A DNA stretch of 64,000 bases from Chthoniobacteraceae bacterium (GTDB lineage: Bacteria; Verrucomicrobiota; Verrucomicrobiia; Chthoniobacterales; Chthoniobacteraceae). The position numbers and the translations under genes were made by a program. Shown here in pieces: positions 49,264 through 58,617 of this stretch. Location of the stretch: NCBI GenBank assembly GCA_031409335.1, contig JANNWY010000304.1, positions 1-64,000 on the forward strand, written 5' to 3'. The notes beneath the pieces were generated by a model. The model was not told the origin of the DNA, searched no databases, and saw only the letters and a list, made by a program, of their open reading frames with translations. The stretch's first letter is position 1, and the number at the start of each line of letters is the position of its first letter.

Positions 49264-50130
49264 ATGTCGAAACTCCTGACTCTCGGCCACTCACCCGATC
49301 CCGATGATGCCTTCATGTTTTACGCGCTCGCCGAGCACAAGATCGACACGCGTGGCTGGCAGTTCGAGCACATCCTGCAGGACATCCAGACGCTGAACGA
49401 ACGCGCGACGCGTGGCGAGCTGCACATCTCGGCGATCAGCATTCACGCCTACGCGCATGTGCTGGATCAATACGCGCTGCTGCCGTGCGGGGCGAGCATG
49501 GGCGATGGTTACGGGCCGATGTTTGTGGCAACGAATCGCGATGGCCTCAGCGAAAATCCGCGTCTCGGCGAAGTTCGCGACTGGCTGCGGACAAAACGCA
49601 TCGCCATCCCCGGAAAGATGACGAGCGCGTATCTGGCGATGCAGCTCGCGCTCGGCGTGTACGAAAATACGGTCGTCGTTCCGTTCGATGAAATTTTCGC
49701 GGCGGTGAAAAGCGGGCGCGCGGATGTGGGGCTCATCATTCACGAAGGGCAGCTCACTTACGCGGACGAGAATCTCGTGTGCATCCTCGACCTCGGCGTG
49801 TGGTGGAAGATCAAGACTAGCCTGCCGCTGCCGCTCGGTGGGAACGTGATCCGCAAAGACATCGCGCCAGCGGATCGTTCGGAGATCAACGCGATCCTGC
49901 GCGAGAGCATCGAATACGGCCTGAAACATCGCGCGGCGGGAGTGGCGCATTCGATGCCGCTCGCGCGCGGACTGGACACGGCGCTCGCGGACAAATTCAT
50001 CGGGATGTACGTGAACGAACTCACGCTCGACTACGGCGACCGGGGACGCGCGGCGATCCGGGAATTCCTCGGCATGGCGCACACCGCGGGACTGATTCCG
50101 GCACCGGTGGAGCTGGAGTTTGTCAGCTAG
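49264..50130 (+). CDS. mqnD: 1,4-dihydroxy-6-naphthoate synthase (futalosine menaquinone pathway)
   Basis: LGHSPDPDDAFMFY, DIQTLN, GYGP, IIHEGQLTY, LPLPLG, FIGMYVN. Confidence 0.9.
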   Translation: MSKLLTLGHSPDPDDAFMFYALAEHKIDTRGWQFEHILQDIQTLNERATRGELHISAISIHAYAHVLDQYALLPCGASMGDGYGPMFVATNRDGLSENPRLGEVRDWLRTKRIAIPGKMTSAYLAMQLALGVYENTVVVPFDEIFAAVKSGRADVGLIIHEGQLTYADENLVCILDLGVWWKIKTSLPLPLGGNVIRKDIAPADRSEINAILRESIEYGLKHRAAGVAHSMPLARGLDTALADKFIGMYVNELTLDYGDRGRAAIREFLGMAHTAGLIPAPVELEFVS

Positions 50131-51416
50131 CGCGCCGCGTTCACGACGTTCTCCGGCTGCCGTGCGCTGGCGTTTGCGGCGTCGATAAATTCGATGCGCG
50201 GCATCCATTCCGCGGTTTTCCCGGCAAAGAGCGGCGCGAGCACTTTTCGCTGAATCGTGCTTTTCAGGCTGCTTCGATTTGCGCCTTCCGCGTGGAGCAC
50301 ATCACCGGTGATCGCGCCGGTGCGGTGGGCGAGTTTCACATCGATCGCAGTCCAGCGCGTGCCATCCCAGGACATGTCCGCATCGAAGCCGTCGAAGATC
50401 ACGGATTTGTAGGCAAATTTCTTCAGGTTCACGTGCCCGATCGTCTGGAGCGACCGGCTTTCAGCGAGACTTCCGCGGAAAGTGAGATCGATCTCCGGCG
50501 GCATGTAAAACACGACCTCGTCGAGTTCGGGCACGCGGGCAAAACTGCGCGCCAGCGCCTGCACGTCGATCGCGGAGCGGAGTTGCAGCGAGGCAGAATC
50601 GGTTGCGACATCATAGCTGCCACTCGCCCGAATCGCGCCGCCCGCGTCGCTGGCCGAAAGTTGCCGGAGCCGCAACATGCCGTCGCGGAAACCAGCATTC
50701 ACGTAAAGATTGGCGGCGCTGAAATTCTCGCGCTCCACTGTTTCCGCCCACAGCGTTCCCTCGATGAACAACTCCTCCGGTTTCGCCAAATCCCCCAGAA
50801 ACCGCACGACAATCTGCGGCGGCGCACCTTTATATTTCAGCTTCTTCAACTGCGCGATCATGTCGGCGGCGAGTTGCGCACGTTCTTCCACCCGCTTCTT
50901 GTTGGTGCTGAAGCGCGGAAACTTCTGCGGATTGATCACCGTCCCGGATGCATTGATTCGGATCCCGTAAAGCTCGGCTTCGAGGCGGCTGAGATACACT
51001 TGATCCGGCGGCAAAAGCAGCAGCCCGCTGAGACGACGAATCTCAATTTTCGGTCCATTCCGCTTCGACGAATCGAGCGGTACGTCGAGGTTCGCATCGC
51101 GCAAATCCAGCGCGTCAATAAAAGTGCGGCCTTGGAAAAGGTTCGCGTAGTTGATCACAAGCCGCACTTCGTCCACCACGGCGATGACGCGTTTCCGATC
51201 GCGGCTGTCATAGATGCGGACCTGCTTCGCGACGATGCCGCGGAACGGTTCGAGCGTCAGTTTGCTGAGCGAAAGCTCGACGCCGCGCTTGTGAAACTCC
51301 TGCACGACGAACTTCCTCCACTTTTGCGTGAAGCCTTTGTTGCCCGCGTACCAAAACGACGCGATGAGCCCCGCGACGAGCAGCACGGCAACGATGAGTG
51401 AAATCCGGCGTAGCAT
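50127..51416 (-). CDS. AsmA-like membrane-anchored beta-rich protein
   Basis: N-terminal transmembrane helix from ATG 51416 followed by beta-strand-rich sequence; family inferred. Confidence 0.65.
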   Translation of the reverse strand: MLRRISLIVAVLLVAGLIASFWYAGNKGFTQKWRKFVVQEFHKRGVELSLSKLTLEPFRGIVAKQVRIYDSRDRKRVIAVVDEVRLVINYANLFQGRTFIDALDLRDANLDVPLDSSKRNGPKIEIRRLSGLLLLPPDQVYLSRLEAELYGIRINASGTVINPQKFPRFSTNKKRVEERAQLAADMIAQLKKLKYKGAPPQIVVRFLGDLAKPEELFIEGTLWAETVERENFSAANLYVNAGFRDGMLRLRQLSASDAGGAIRASGSYDVATDSASLQLRSAIDVQALARSFARVPELDEVVFYMPPEIDLTFRGSLAESRSLQTIGHVNLKKFAYKSVIFDGFDADMSWDGTRWTAIDVKLAHRTGAITGDVLHAEGANRSSLKSTIQRKVLAPLFAGKTAEWMPRIEFIDAANASARQPENVVNAAR

Positions 51417-51537
51417 TGCCCGAGAGACTTCGTGGCACGCGGCGCAGCGGTCGAGCGGTTTTTTCCGGGGGCGATTTGCAGACCGGGAAAATTGCGCGAA
51501 CATCACTGGCATAACCACTGCTTCCCCTGAAGCTCCG

Positions 51538-52233
51538 ATGATAAAAGCGAACTGTCGGGACCGATTCACAGCGGCTGATTTTGACTTCGTAGTCAAAGCC
51601 CTCGCCGCCTCCGAACGAGACTCGGTATCACTCGTGGAATTGCTCACGGACGCGGAGGCGCGGGACTCGATTCTCGACCATCCGCGACTCTTCCAGACGA
51701 TGATGGAAGACGGCGCGCCGCTGAGCATTTCGCCACAACTCTACTTTTACATTTTGATCAGGCATGTCTTGAAAGAGACAGGGCTGAACGATCGCACGGT
51801 GAGCGATTACGTGGCTTCGCTGCTCGAAACCTTTTCTCAGACGGCGCGGATGAAATCGCCCGCCGATGGTCGCGCGACGCCGATCCAGTATGTGAGCGAC
51901 ATGCTCATCGCGTTGCAAACGGCCACCCCGACGCAATCGTTTCTGATCCGCGCGCACGTCGGCAACTACGCGCTCTTCATCGCCGGGATTTTTCCGACCA
52001 CCGTGCAGAGCCGGGCCGGGCGCGGCGCGCCGGATGTCGGCTATTACGAGAATGTCGGGAGCGCAAACTACAAGGCCGCCGCGAGCCATCGGGTCGCCCG
52101 CACCGCGTCGCTCACGGGCGTGTATGAGCAACTCGCGGAGAGTTTTCACGATGTGCGCCTCGCGCTGAACCGCCTTTCGGATTCGTTGATTCACCTCGAC
52201 GCCTCGCACGCGCAGGCCGTCGATCTGCTGTGA
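51538..52233 (+). CDS. Conserved hypothetical protein
   Basis: MIKANCRDRFT...HVGNYALFIAGIFP...YYENVGSANY; 4 nt from the next gene. Confidence 0.78.
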   Translation: MIKANCRDRFTAADFDFVVKALAASERDSVSLVELLTDAEARDSILDHPRLFQTMMEDGAPLSISPQLYFYILIRHVLKETGLNDRTVSDYVASLLETFSQTARMKSPADGRATPIQYVSDMLIALQTATPTQSFLIRAHVGNYALFIAGIFPTTVQSRAGRGAPDVGYYENVGSANYKAAASHRVARTASLTGVYEQLAESFHDVRLALNRLSDSLIHLDASHAQAVDLL

Positions 52234-52237
52234 GCCG

Positions 52238-52969
52238 ATGAGCGCGACTCTTTTCAGCGAAATCCAAAAACTCTTCGAGCGCACCTACGCGCAGGTCGGG
52301 ATCAATCTCGAAGACTGCCTGATCGACGGGCAGCGCTGCGCCCAGCTCAGCCGACTCGCCGGCGCATCGGCGCGCGAACTCAGCGAACTCGCCCGCACTT
52401 TCCTCCGCCGTGCGGACGATCAGCTTTTTGTCGGCATCTACTATTCGCGCTGGCTCATCGAACAGTTGGAGCGGCACGATCCGCGAAAGGGCATCAGCGA
52501 CGCAAACATCCGGCACCTCATCGCGTTCGTGGAGGAGATCAACCACGCCCTGCACGCGGCGCTCAGTTTTCAACGCGGCGCGAGAGAGATTCACTGCGAG
52601 GATTTCGTGCGAAATCTGGAGCTTCAGTCGCAGGTCGATACCTATCTCGTGCTGCTGCTGTTCGTGAGCTTCTTTCGGAAAACGCAGAAGGTCTCGCGCA
52701 CCGATCGCCGCTGGCTGCGCTTCCATCTACTTACCAGCCACGATTCCCGCGCGTATTCCGATCCGTGTCTGCGCGGGCGTTACATGGAAACGACCGAGTT
52801 GGCAAAGAGCTACACGCTTTTCCTCGATGCGCTGAACGGTGCGCGGCGCGTGGATGAAATCCGCATTTTCCACGCGCTCGACTACGGCGAGAAAAAACAG
52901 CGGATCCTCGCGCTGATGGATAAACCGGCAGCGCCAGAAGCGAACGCCGAAGGCCCTGGACTGCTGTGA
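52238..52969 (+). CDS. Hypothetical protein with EExxH motif
   Basis: FVEEINHALH...LELQSQVDTY; apparent operon with the upstream gene. Confidence 0.78.
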   Translation: MSATLFSEIQKLFERTYAQVGINLEDCLIDGQRCAQLSRLAGASARELSELARTFLRRADDQLFVGIYYSRWLIEQLERHDPRKGISDANIRHLIAFVEEINHALHAALSFQRGAREIHCEDFVRNLELQSQVDTYLVLLLFVSFFRKTQKVSRTDRRWLRFHLLTSHDSRAYSDPCLRGRYMETTELAKSYTLFLDALNGARRVDEIRIFHALDYGEKKQRILALMDKPAAPEANAEGPGLL

Positions 52970-53048
52970 TTCCTTCACAGCTCTGGAGGGGACCGGTGCC
53001 GCCGAAAAGCTGTGAAGGAATCACGGTCGTCCAGAGCCTTTGGCGTTC
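52942..53048. repeat. REP-like palindromic element, family B copy 1
   Basis: gaacgccgaaggccctggactgctgtgattccttcacagct ... agctgtgaaggaatcacggtcgtccagagcctttggcgttc. Confidence 0.82.
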
Positions 53049-53054
53049 ACCACA

Positions 53055-53963
53055 TTACGATTCCGGGAAATCCGCGAGCTTCTCCCAGAGTTTCCGCTCA
53101 TCATCTGAGACGGATTTCGGCAGCGTGACCGCGAGCGTCACGTAAAAATCCCCACGCGTTTCCTTGCCCGACGGCAAGCCGCGTCCTTTGAGCCGCAGCT
53201 TTTTGCCGGGCTGCGATCCCGCGGGAATTTTCACCCGCACTGAACCCTCGGGAGTCGGCACCGCGACTTCCGCGCCGAGCACAGCCTGCCAAGCGGGGAG
53301 TTCGAGTTCGTGAATCAAGTCGCTGCCTTCCACGCGAAAATCCGGATGCTGCGCGAATTTCACCCGCAGATACAAATCACCCGCCGGCCCGCGGCCCGCG
53401 GATACTCCCTGACCCGCGAGGCGAATCTTCTGACCGTCACGCACGCCTTTGGGAATTCGCACCTCGTAGCTTTCCGCACCCGCACTCCCGCTGCGGCGAA
53501 ACGAGATTTTCTTTTTCGCGCCGTGCAACGCTTCTTCGATCGTCACCAGCAGGTCCGCTTCGATGTCCTCACCGCGCATTTCCTGCTGCGGAAAACCGCC
53601 AAAGCCGGACGCCGCTCCACGTCCCCGGCTCGCGCCGAAAAACTGTTCAAAAAAGTCGCTGAAACCCGTCCCGCCAAAACTCACTCCTCCATCGCCGAAT
53701 CCGCCGCGCGTGTATTGCTGTCGCGCGCCACCACGCTCCCAATCCGCGCCGAGCGTGTCGTATTTCTGCCGCTTGTCCTCATCGCCGAGGACTTCGTATG
53801 CCTCGTTGATCTCCTTAAATTTCGTCTCCGCACCCTTCTTGTCCTTCGCCACATCGGGATGATGAATCCGCGCCAGCTTGCGGAAAGCCTTGCGGATTTC
53901 ATCGTGCGTGGCGGTCTTCGGGACGCCGAGCGTTGCGTAGTAATCTTTGTACTGCACTGACAT
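53055..53963 (-). CDS. DnaJ-class chaperone (CbpA-like, no Zn finger)
   Basis: KDYYATLGV, HPD, FKEINEAYEVL, G/F-rich linker, FSDFFEQFFG, C-terminal LRLKGRGL. Confidence 0.93.
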   Translation of the reverse strand: MSVQYKDYYATLGVPKTATHDEIRKAFRKLARIHHPDVAKDKKGAETKFKEINEAYEVLGDEDKRQKYDTLGADWERGGARQQYTRGGFGDGGVSFGGTGFSDFFEQFFGASRGRGAASGFGGFPQQEMRGEDIEADLLVTIEEALHGAKKKISFRRSGSAGAESYEVRIPKGVRDGQKIRLAGQGVSAGRGPAGDLYLRVKFAQHPDFRVEGSDLIHELELPAWQAVLGAEVAVPTPEGSVRVKIPAGSQPGKKLRLKGRGLPSGKETRGDFYVTLAVTLPKSVSDDERKLWEKLADFPES

Positions 53964-54044
53964 AATTTGGCCGCGAAGATAAACGCCGCCACACAAAGTG
54001 CCAGCACGCTGCTTGGCGTGTCTTGCGCGAAAATTGCGACCGTC

Positions 54045-54073
54045 TTGCCGAGCGAGTCCGGCGTCCCTAACAT
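54045..54073 (+). promoter_or_regulatory. Putative sigma70 promoter of kdsD
   Basis: TTGCCG-17 nt-TAACAT, 9 nt before ATG 54083. Confidence 0.55.
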
Positions 54074-54082
54074 CATCCGCTC

Positions 54083-55054
54083 ATGGATTATCTCGAAAAA
54101 GCCCGGCGCGTGATCGCTCTCGAAATGAGTGAAGTGCAGCGTCTTCACTCCCGGCTCGACCAATCGTTTTCGGACGCAGTCGGGGTGATGCTTCCGTGCG
54201 TCGAGAATCGCGGGAAGATCGTGCTGTGCGGCGTCGGGAAATCGGGACACGTCGGGGACAAGATCGCGGCAACGCTGACCAGCACAGGATCTCCGGCGGT
54301 CGTGCTGAATTCGCTGAACGCGCTCCACGGCGATCTCGGCGTGGTGGCGGATGGCGATGTGGTGCTCGCTCTCAGCTATAGCGGCGAGACGGATGAACTC
54401 GTGAACATCATCCCGGCGCTCGCGCGTTTCGATGTGAAGATCATTTCGATGACGGGGAATCCGAAGTCCTTCCTCGCGCAGCAAAGTCACGTGCATCTCG
54501 ATGTGAGCGTTGAGCAGGAGGCGTGTCCGCTCAATCTCGCGCCGACTTCTTCCACGACCGTAATGCTCGTGCTCGGCGACGCGCTGGCGATGGTGCTGCT
54601 GGAGGCTCGCGGATTTACAAAAGACGATTTCGCGCGCTTTCATCCCGGCGGAAGACTCGGGCGCACGCTGCTGCTGAAAGTTCACCAAATCATGCGCGGC
54701 CCGGAGCAGATGGCGCTCGTGAGCGGGACTCAACGCGTGCGCGAAGTTTTGCACGCGATGGCAAAGGCGCGCGCCGGAGCATCGGTGATCGTCGATGGGG
54801 CTGGAAAGCTTGAAGGCATTTTCACGCACGGAGATTTCGGGCGGCACTTCCAGACGCACGCGGATTTGCTGGAGAAATGCGTGGGCGAATTCATGACGCG
54901 GCAGCCCATCACGATCCGTGGCGACAAACTCGCGGTGGAGGTGCTCCACATCCTGGAACGCCATCGCATCGATGATCTCGTGGTGCTCGACGAAAACGTG
55001 CGTCCCATCGGCGTCGTCGATTCGCAGGACCTCGCGCGGTTCAAATTGGTGTAG
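54083..55054 (+). CDS. kdsD: Arabinose-5-phosphate isomerase (KpsF/GutQ family, SIS + CBS)
   Basis: GVGKSGHVG, HGDLG, SYSGETDE, EACPLNLAPTSST, FHPGG. Confidence 0.92.
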   Translation: MDYLEKARRVIALEMSEVQRLHSRLDQSFSDAVGVMLPCVENRGKIVLCGVGKSGHVGDKIAATLTSTGSPAVVLNSLNALHGDLGVVADGDVVLALSYSGETDELVNIIPALARFDVKIISMTGNPKSFLAQQSHVHLDVSVEQEACPLNLAPTSSTTVMLVLGDALAMVLLEARGFTKDDFARFHPGGRLGRTLLLKVHQIMRGPEQMALVSGTQRVREVLHAMAKARAGASVIVDGAGKLEGIFTHGDFGRHFQTHADLLEKCVGEFMTRQPITIRGDKLAVEVLHILERHRIDDLVVLDENVRPIGVVDSQDLARFKLV

Positions 55055-55117
55055 CCGGGTTTGCGACTCGATCCGCGCGATACTGTGGAGGTTTTCGCGT
55101 AGCGCAACAGCCGAGAA

Positions 55118-55552
55118 TCAACTCAATCCCTTTGCGGGCTGGCTGGAAGCGAGGCGCGAATGGATTGCTGGTTTCGCCGGAACGTACGGAGCGATGAATG
55201 CCTCGTGGAACGTGTAGCTGCCTTTGAAATCGTCGAGCGAGTCTTGGTCCGTCTTTCCGAAAATGCCGGCCTCGATGAGATTAAACACCATTTCCCCGAA
55301 ATCTTCGCACCGGGCGACGCCCCAGTAGGCGAACACCGTCGGCACCATCGGGCCGAATTCTTTCAGCGCGAACTGGCGCAGGCCATCGAGCAATTGCGGT
55401 CCAGAGACGTGCCCCGCGCCATCCTTGGCCTTCTTGCGCAGCTTCAGGGTGTAATCCAAGCCATCACGAAGGAAAAAGTAGGCGTCGCGTGCGTAGCGCG
55501 GGTCTTGGGAGCGGATGGAGTCCAGTGCTTCTGCAAAATCGCGTTTCAACAT
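55118..55552 (-). CDS. Verrucomicrobia/Planctomycetes-type conserved protein (Minf_1886-like)
   Basis: DPRYARDAYFFLRDGLDYT...HVSGPQLL...FGPM...WGV...DFGEMVFNLI...DSLDDF. Confidence 0.82.
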   Translation of the reverse strand: MLKRDFAEALDSIRSQDPRYARDAYFFLRDGLDYTLKLRKKAKDGAGHVSGPQLLDGLRQFALKEFGPMVPTVFAYWGVARCEDFGEMVFNLIEAGIFGKTDQDSLDDFKGSYTFHEAFIAPYVPAKPAIHSRLASSQPAKGLS

Positions 55553-55660
55553 TTGGTCGATTTCGGGGGAACCGGCGGCGATGGGAATTCCGCCATTGCA
55601 ATTGATTCGGAACAGAGTGGAGTGATCAAAAATACCCCTCGGGAGGGGCGATTTGAAACT

Positions 55661-56548
55661 ATGCGCGTTGTCCGAAACCGTCAACAGTCGCTTGTCGCGT
55701 GCGCGCTTTTTTGCGCTGCTGCGACGAGTTTGTCCGTGCCGGTCGGGGAGGCGGATGCGATTGCCACGGCGCTTCAGGATTTGAACTTGCGGCAGGTGGC
55801 GCTCACGGCGCAGGGCGCGGGTGCGGAGGATTGGAAAACGCTGGGTGTGGACTTCGTCGCGCTGGTGGCCAGATTTCCGGAGAGTGCTTCCATTCGCGAC
55901 GCGCACGGTGGCTTTTTATGGGAAAGAAATGACCACCAAGGTGCCATGCGCGAGTGGCAGGCAGGGGAGCGCATTGAGCCGAAAAATGCGGCGGTGTTGA
56001 ATCACCTGGCAGCGGCCTGCGTGGCGATGGGTGAACCGCGCGCGGGGCTGGGATACTACCTTCGCGCGACCGATGTGGTGCCGGAGGATGCGCTCACCCA
56101 TTTCAGCGCCGCGAACGTCGCCTGCCTCTTCCGCCATGATCTGGGCCGGACGGAGGAGGAATGCTTCCGGCTGGCGCTGAAGCACTTTGCCGAGGCGCAT
56201 CGCCTTGCCCCGAAGAATCCCGAGTTTGCACGGGGTTATGCCGAGACCTTTTACATCGTCCCAAATCCCGATTGGGAGACTGCGCGCATGGTTTGGACGA
56301 AATACCTTAACATCGTGCCGGAGAAGGATTTCGCGCTTCTGAATCTCGCCCGCGTGCATCTGAAGCGCGGCGATGCGGAAAATGCCCGCGCCTGCCTTTC
56401 CCGAGTGACCGGAAAGGGCAGCGAGATCCTCAAAAACCGGCTCGCCGCCCGGATCGAAGCTGAGATTTCACCCGGAAAAACGCCGAAAACCCCGGGAACC
56501 GAAAAAACGTTAAAACCAGCCATTGACGAGAACCCTGAGCGCCCCTAG
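55661..56548 (+). CDS. TPR-containing exported protein
   Basis: Signal-like N-terminus, TPR-type helices (EPKNAAVLNHLA, APKNPEFARGYA). Confidence 0.75.
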   Translation: MRVVRNRQQSLVACALFCAAATSLSVPVGEADAIATALQDLNLRQVALTAQGAGAEDWKTLGVDFVALVARFPESASIRDAHGGFLWERNDHQGAMREWQAGERIEPKNAAVLNHLAAACVAMGEPRAGLGYYLRATDVVPEDALTHFSAANVACLFRHDLGRTEEECFRLALKHFAEAHRLAPKNPEFARGYAETFYIVPNPDWETARMVWTKYLNIVPEKDFALLNLARVHLKRGDAENARACLSRVTGKGSEILKNRLAARIEAEISPGKTPKTPGTEKTLKPAIDENPERP

Positions 56549-56551
56549 CAT
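56523..56551 (+). promoter_or_regulatory. Putative sigma70 promoter of rpsU
   Basis: TTGACG-17 nt-TAGCAT, overlapping the end of the TPR gene. Confidence 0.65.
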
Positions 56552-56611
56552 CCGCCTCCGCTCACCAATTTTTTCATCAACCTCTAACTAGAAAGACAGG
56601 GAAAACACAAA

Positions 56612-56809
56612 ATGCCTGAAGTTATTGTCCGCAAAGGAGAACCGATCGACCGCGCGCTCAAGCGCCTCAAGTCGAAGCTCGAAACCGAGGGGATCATGGA
56701 CGAAGTCCGCCGCCTCCGCGCCTTTGAGACGCCGACACAGCGCACGAAACGCAAAGCGAAAGCGAATGCGAAGCGCGCCAAGGCCAAGTTCCGGTTCAAC
56801 TCACAGTAG
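56612..56809 (+). CDS. rpsU: 30S ribosomal protein S21
   Basis: MPEVIVRKGEPIDRALKRLK...EGIMDEVRRLRAFETP. Confidence 0.95.
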   Translation: MPEVIVRKGEPIDRALKRLKSKLETEGIMDEVRRLRAFETPTQRTKRKAKANAKRAKAKFRFNSQ

Positions 56810-56840
56810 CCCGGGTTCATCCGATAGTCCGAAGATTTAC

Positions 56841-56878
56841 ACAGCCCGCCGATGAAAGTCGGCGGGCTGTTTGTTTTT
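56841..56878 (+). terminator. Intrinsic terminator after rpsU
   Basis: ACAGCCCGCCGA / TCGGCGGGCTGT stem then TTGTTTTT. Confidence 0.88.
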
Positions 56879-56939
56879 CCCGGTTTGTTCTTCCCGAATG
56901 GACGGCGGTGCTGGGGCGGCAGGCTGCCCCATCCGACGC

Positions 56940-57782
56940 CTACTGCCGATGCTCGGGAAAATCCTTTGCGTATCGGGCGAGGAGCGCGTTGGGGTCGGCA
57001 GGAAGGAGATACATTTTGCCGCGAATCTGTTTCTCTTCGCCAGCGGCGAGACCGCCGATGCGGAAGTCGGAGTGAACGCAGCGGGCGACGCCTTGGAAGA
57101 GTTCCTGGTAGGGCTGCCAAGCGCTGGCAAAGAGCAGTTTTTCATCCGCACTGAAGCAGCCGATCAGACCGTGACTAGGAATCAGTGCGCTGAGCGGACG
57201 CGGGTTGACGTCGGTGCGCGGCACGTCTTTCGGGCACCAGACCTGGCCGGGAGTGTAGCGCGCTTTTTTGGCCCACTCGGCGGTCGGCATGCGCGTGAGT
57301 TTTCCGTCGAGAAAGACAAAGCATCTCCCAAGGTAGTCGGTGGCGTTGCCCGCCGTCTTTTCATCAAAGCCGGTGAACGCGCTGACGCGAACACACGGTT
57401 GGGCCCAGTGGGCTTCGGAGGTTTTATTGGTGGGATTGCGCGCGGTGAGTTGGAAATCCACCTCGTCGGTGCCGGCGGTGATCGTGTGCTCGACAATGAC
57501 GCCGTCGGCAAGGGTGTCGCGGAGGCGCATGATCCTTTTGTCGTCGCTGACGGAAATGAGCTCGGACTTGTGCGGGATGACGGTGTGCGTGCCCCAGTCC
57601 GCATCGGTGGAGCCGGCGCGACAGTAGGCTTCGAGGTAGTTGGTGCGGAGTTCGCCGCCGGGGATTTGCGGGCCGCGGACGATGAGCCAGTGGCCTTCGC
57701 GGGCGAGGGTGAGCTGCGCGCTGGCAGGACGCGGCAGCATTCCAAAAAGGACGGCGAGCACGGGGAGGAAAAGCGTTTTCAT
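56940..57782 (-). CDS. Hypothetical secreted protein
   Basis: Signal peptide MKTLFLPVLAVLFGMLPRPASA; YLEAYCR, LFQGV..CVHSDFR; no family recognised. Confidence 0.78.
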   Translation of the reverse strand: MKTLFLPVLAVLFGMLPRPASAQLTLAREGHWLIVRGPQIPGGELRTNYLEAYCRAGSTDADWGTHTVIPHKSELISVSDDKRIMRLRDTLADGVIVEHTITAGTDEVDFQLTARNPTNKTSEAHWAQPCVRVSAFTGFDEKTAGNATDYLGRCFVFLDGKLTRMPTAEWAKKARYTPGQVWCPKDVPRTDVNPRPLSALIPSHGLIGCFSADEKLLFASAWQPYQELFQGVARCVHSDFRIGGLAAGEEKQIRGKMYLLPADPNALLARYAKDFPEHRQ

Positions 57783-57870
57783 GTGGGGCGAAGATGGTGA
57801 AACGCAGGCAGCGAGTCGAGTCAGCGATAATCGCTTGGCAGCCCTGCGTTTTGCCGCCACTTTCCGCGTC

Positions 57871-58485
57871 GTGTTAGACAAACAAGCCCAAATCGGGTTT
57901 CCCCTCGAACTGCCTCCGGGCGAATTCGCAGCCTATATCTTCGACTGCGACGGGACGCTGGCGGATACCATGCCGACGCACTACCGCGCGTGGCAGGAGG
58001 CGCTCGGGGAACACGCGGAGAATTTTTCGGAAGCGATGTTTTACGAACTCGGCGGCGTGCCGACCGCGCGCATCGTGGAGATTCTGAACGAGCGCCACGG
58101 CCTCGCGCTGCCGGTCGATGCGACAGTGGAGCACAAGGAGTCGATCTTTCTCAAACTGAGCCCGGAGATCGCCGAGATCGAGCCGGTGGTGGCGATCGCG
58201 AAAGCGATCCATGGCAGGATACCGATGGCCGTGGCCTCGGGCGGGCACCGGCGCATCGTCATCAATACGCTGCGCGCGCTGGGGATCGTGGACCTTTTCC
58301 AAGCGATCGTGTGCTCCGAAGACTACCAGCGTGGCAAACCCGCTCCCGATCCATTTCTCGAAGCCGCGCTACGACTCGGCGTGCCGCCGGGAAGGTGCCT
58401 CGTTTTCGAAGACACTGCGACGGGGATCGCCGCGGCGAAAGCGGCGGGAATGCAGTGGGTGCTCGTGCCGCCGCCGGTCCGGTGA
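57871..58485 (+). CDS. HAD-family phosphatase (YqaB/beta-PGM-like)
   Basis: IFDCDGTLADT, AVASGG, GKPAPD, CLVFED; GTG start inferred, preceded by TTGGCA-17-CACTTT. Confidence 0.9.
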   Translation: MLDKQAQIGFPLELPPGEFAAYIFDCDGTLADTMPTHYRAWQEALGEHAENFSEAMFYELGGVPTARIVEILNERHGLALPVDATVEHKESIFLKLSPEIAEIEPVVAIAKAIHGRIPMAVASGGHRRIVINTLRALGIVDLFQAIVCSEDYQRGKPAPDPFLEAALRLGVPPGRCLVFEDTATGIAAAKAAGMQWVLVPPPVR

Positions 58486-58490
58486 GGCGC

Positions 58491-58611
58491 GAATCCGAAA
58501 CAGAATCCGAGTGATCTGAAACTCGGAAAGTGGATAACGCGCTCGCCAGCCGTTTTCCGATTTCCGATGTTTTGAATTTGTTTCGAATTTCGATATTCGG
58601 ATTTCGGATTT
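58491..58611. repeat. Heptamer-type (AATCCGA/TTCGGAT) low-complexity inverted repeat
   Basis: gaatccgaaacagaatccga ... tttcgaatttcgatattcggatttcggatt, between the HAD gene and recQ. Confidence 0.7.
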
Positions 58612-58617
58612 TCCAAA

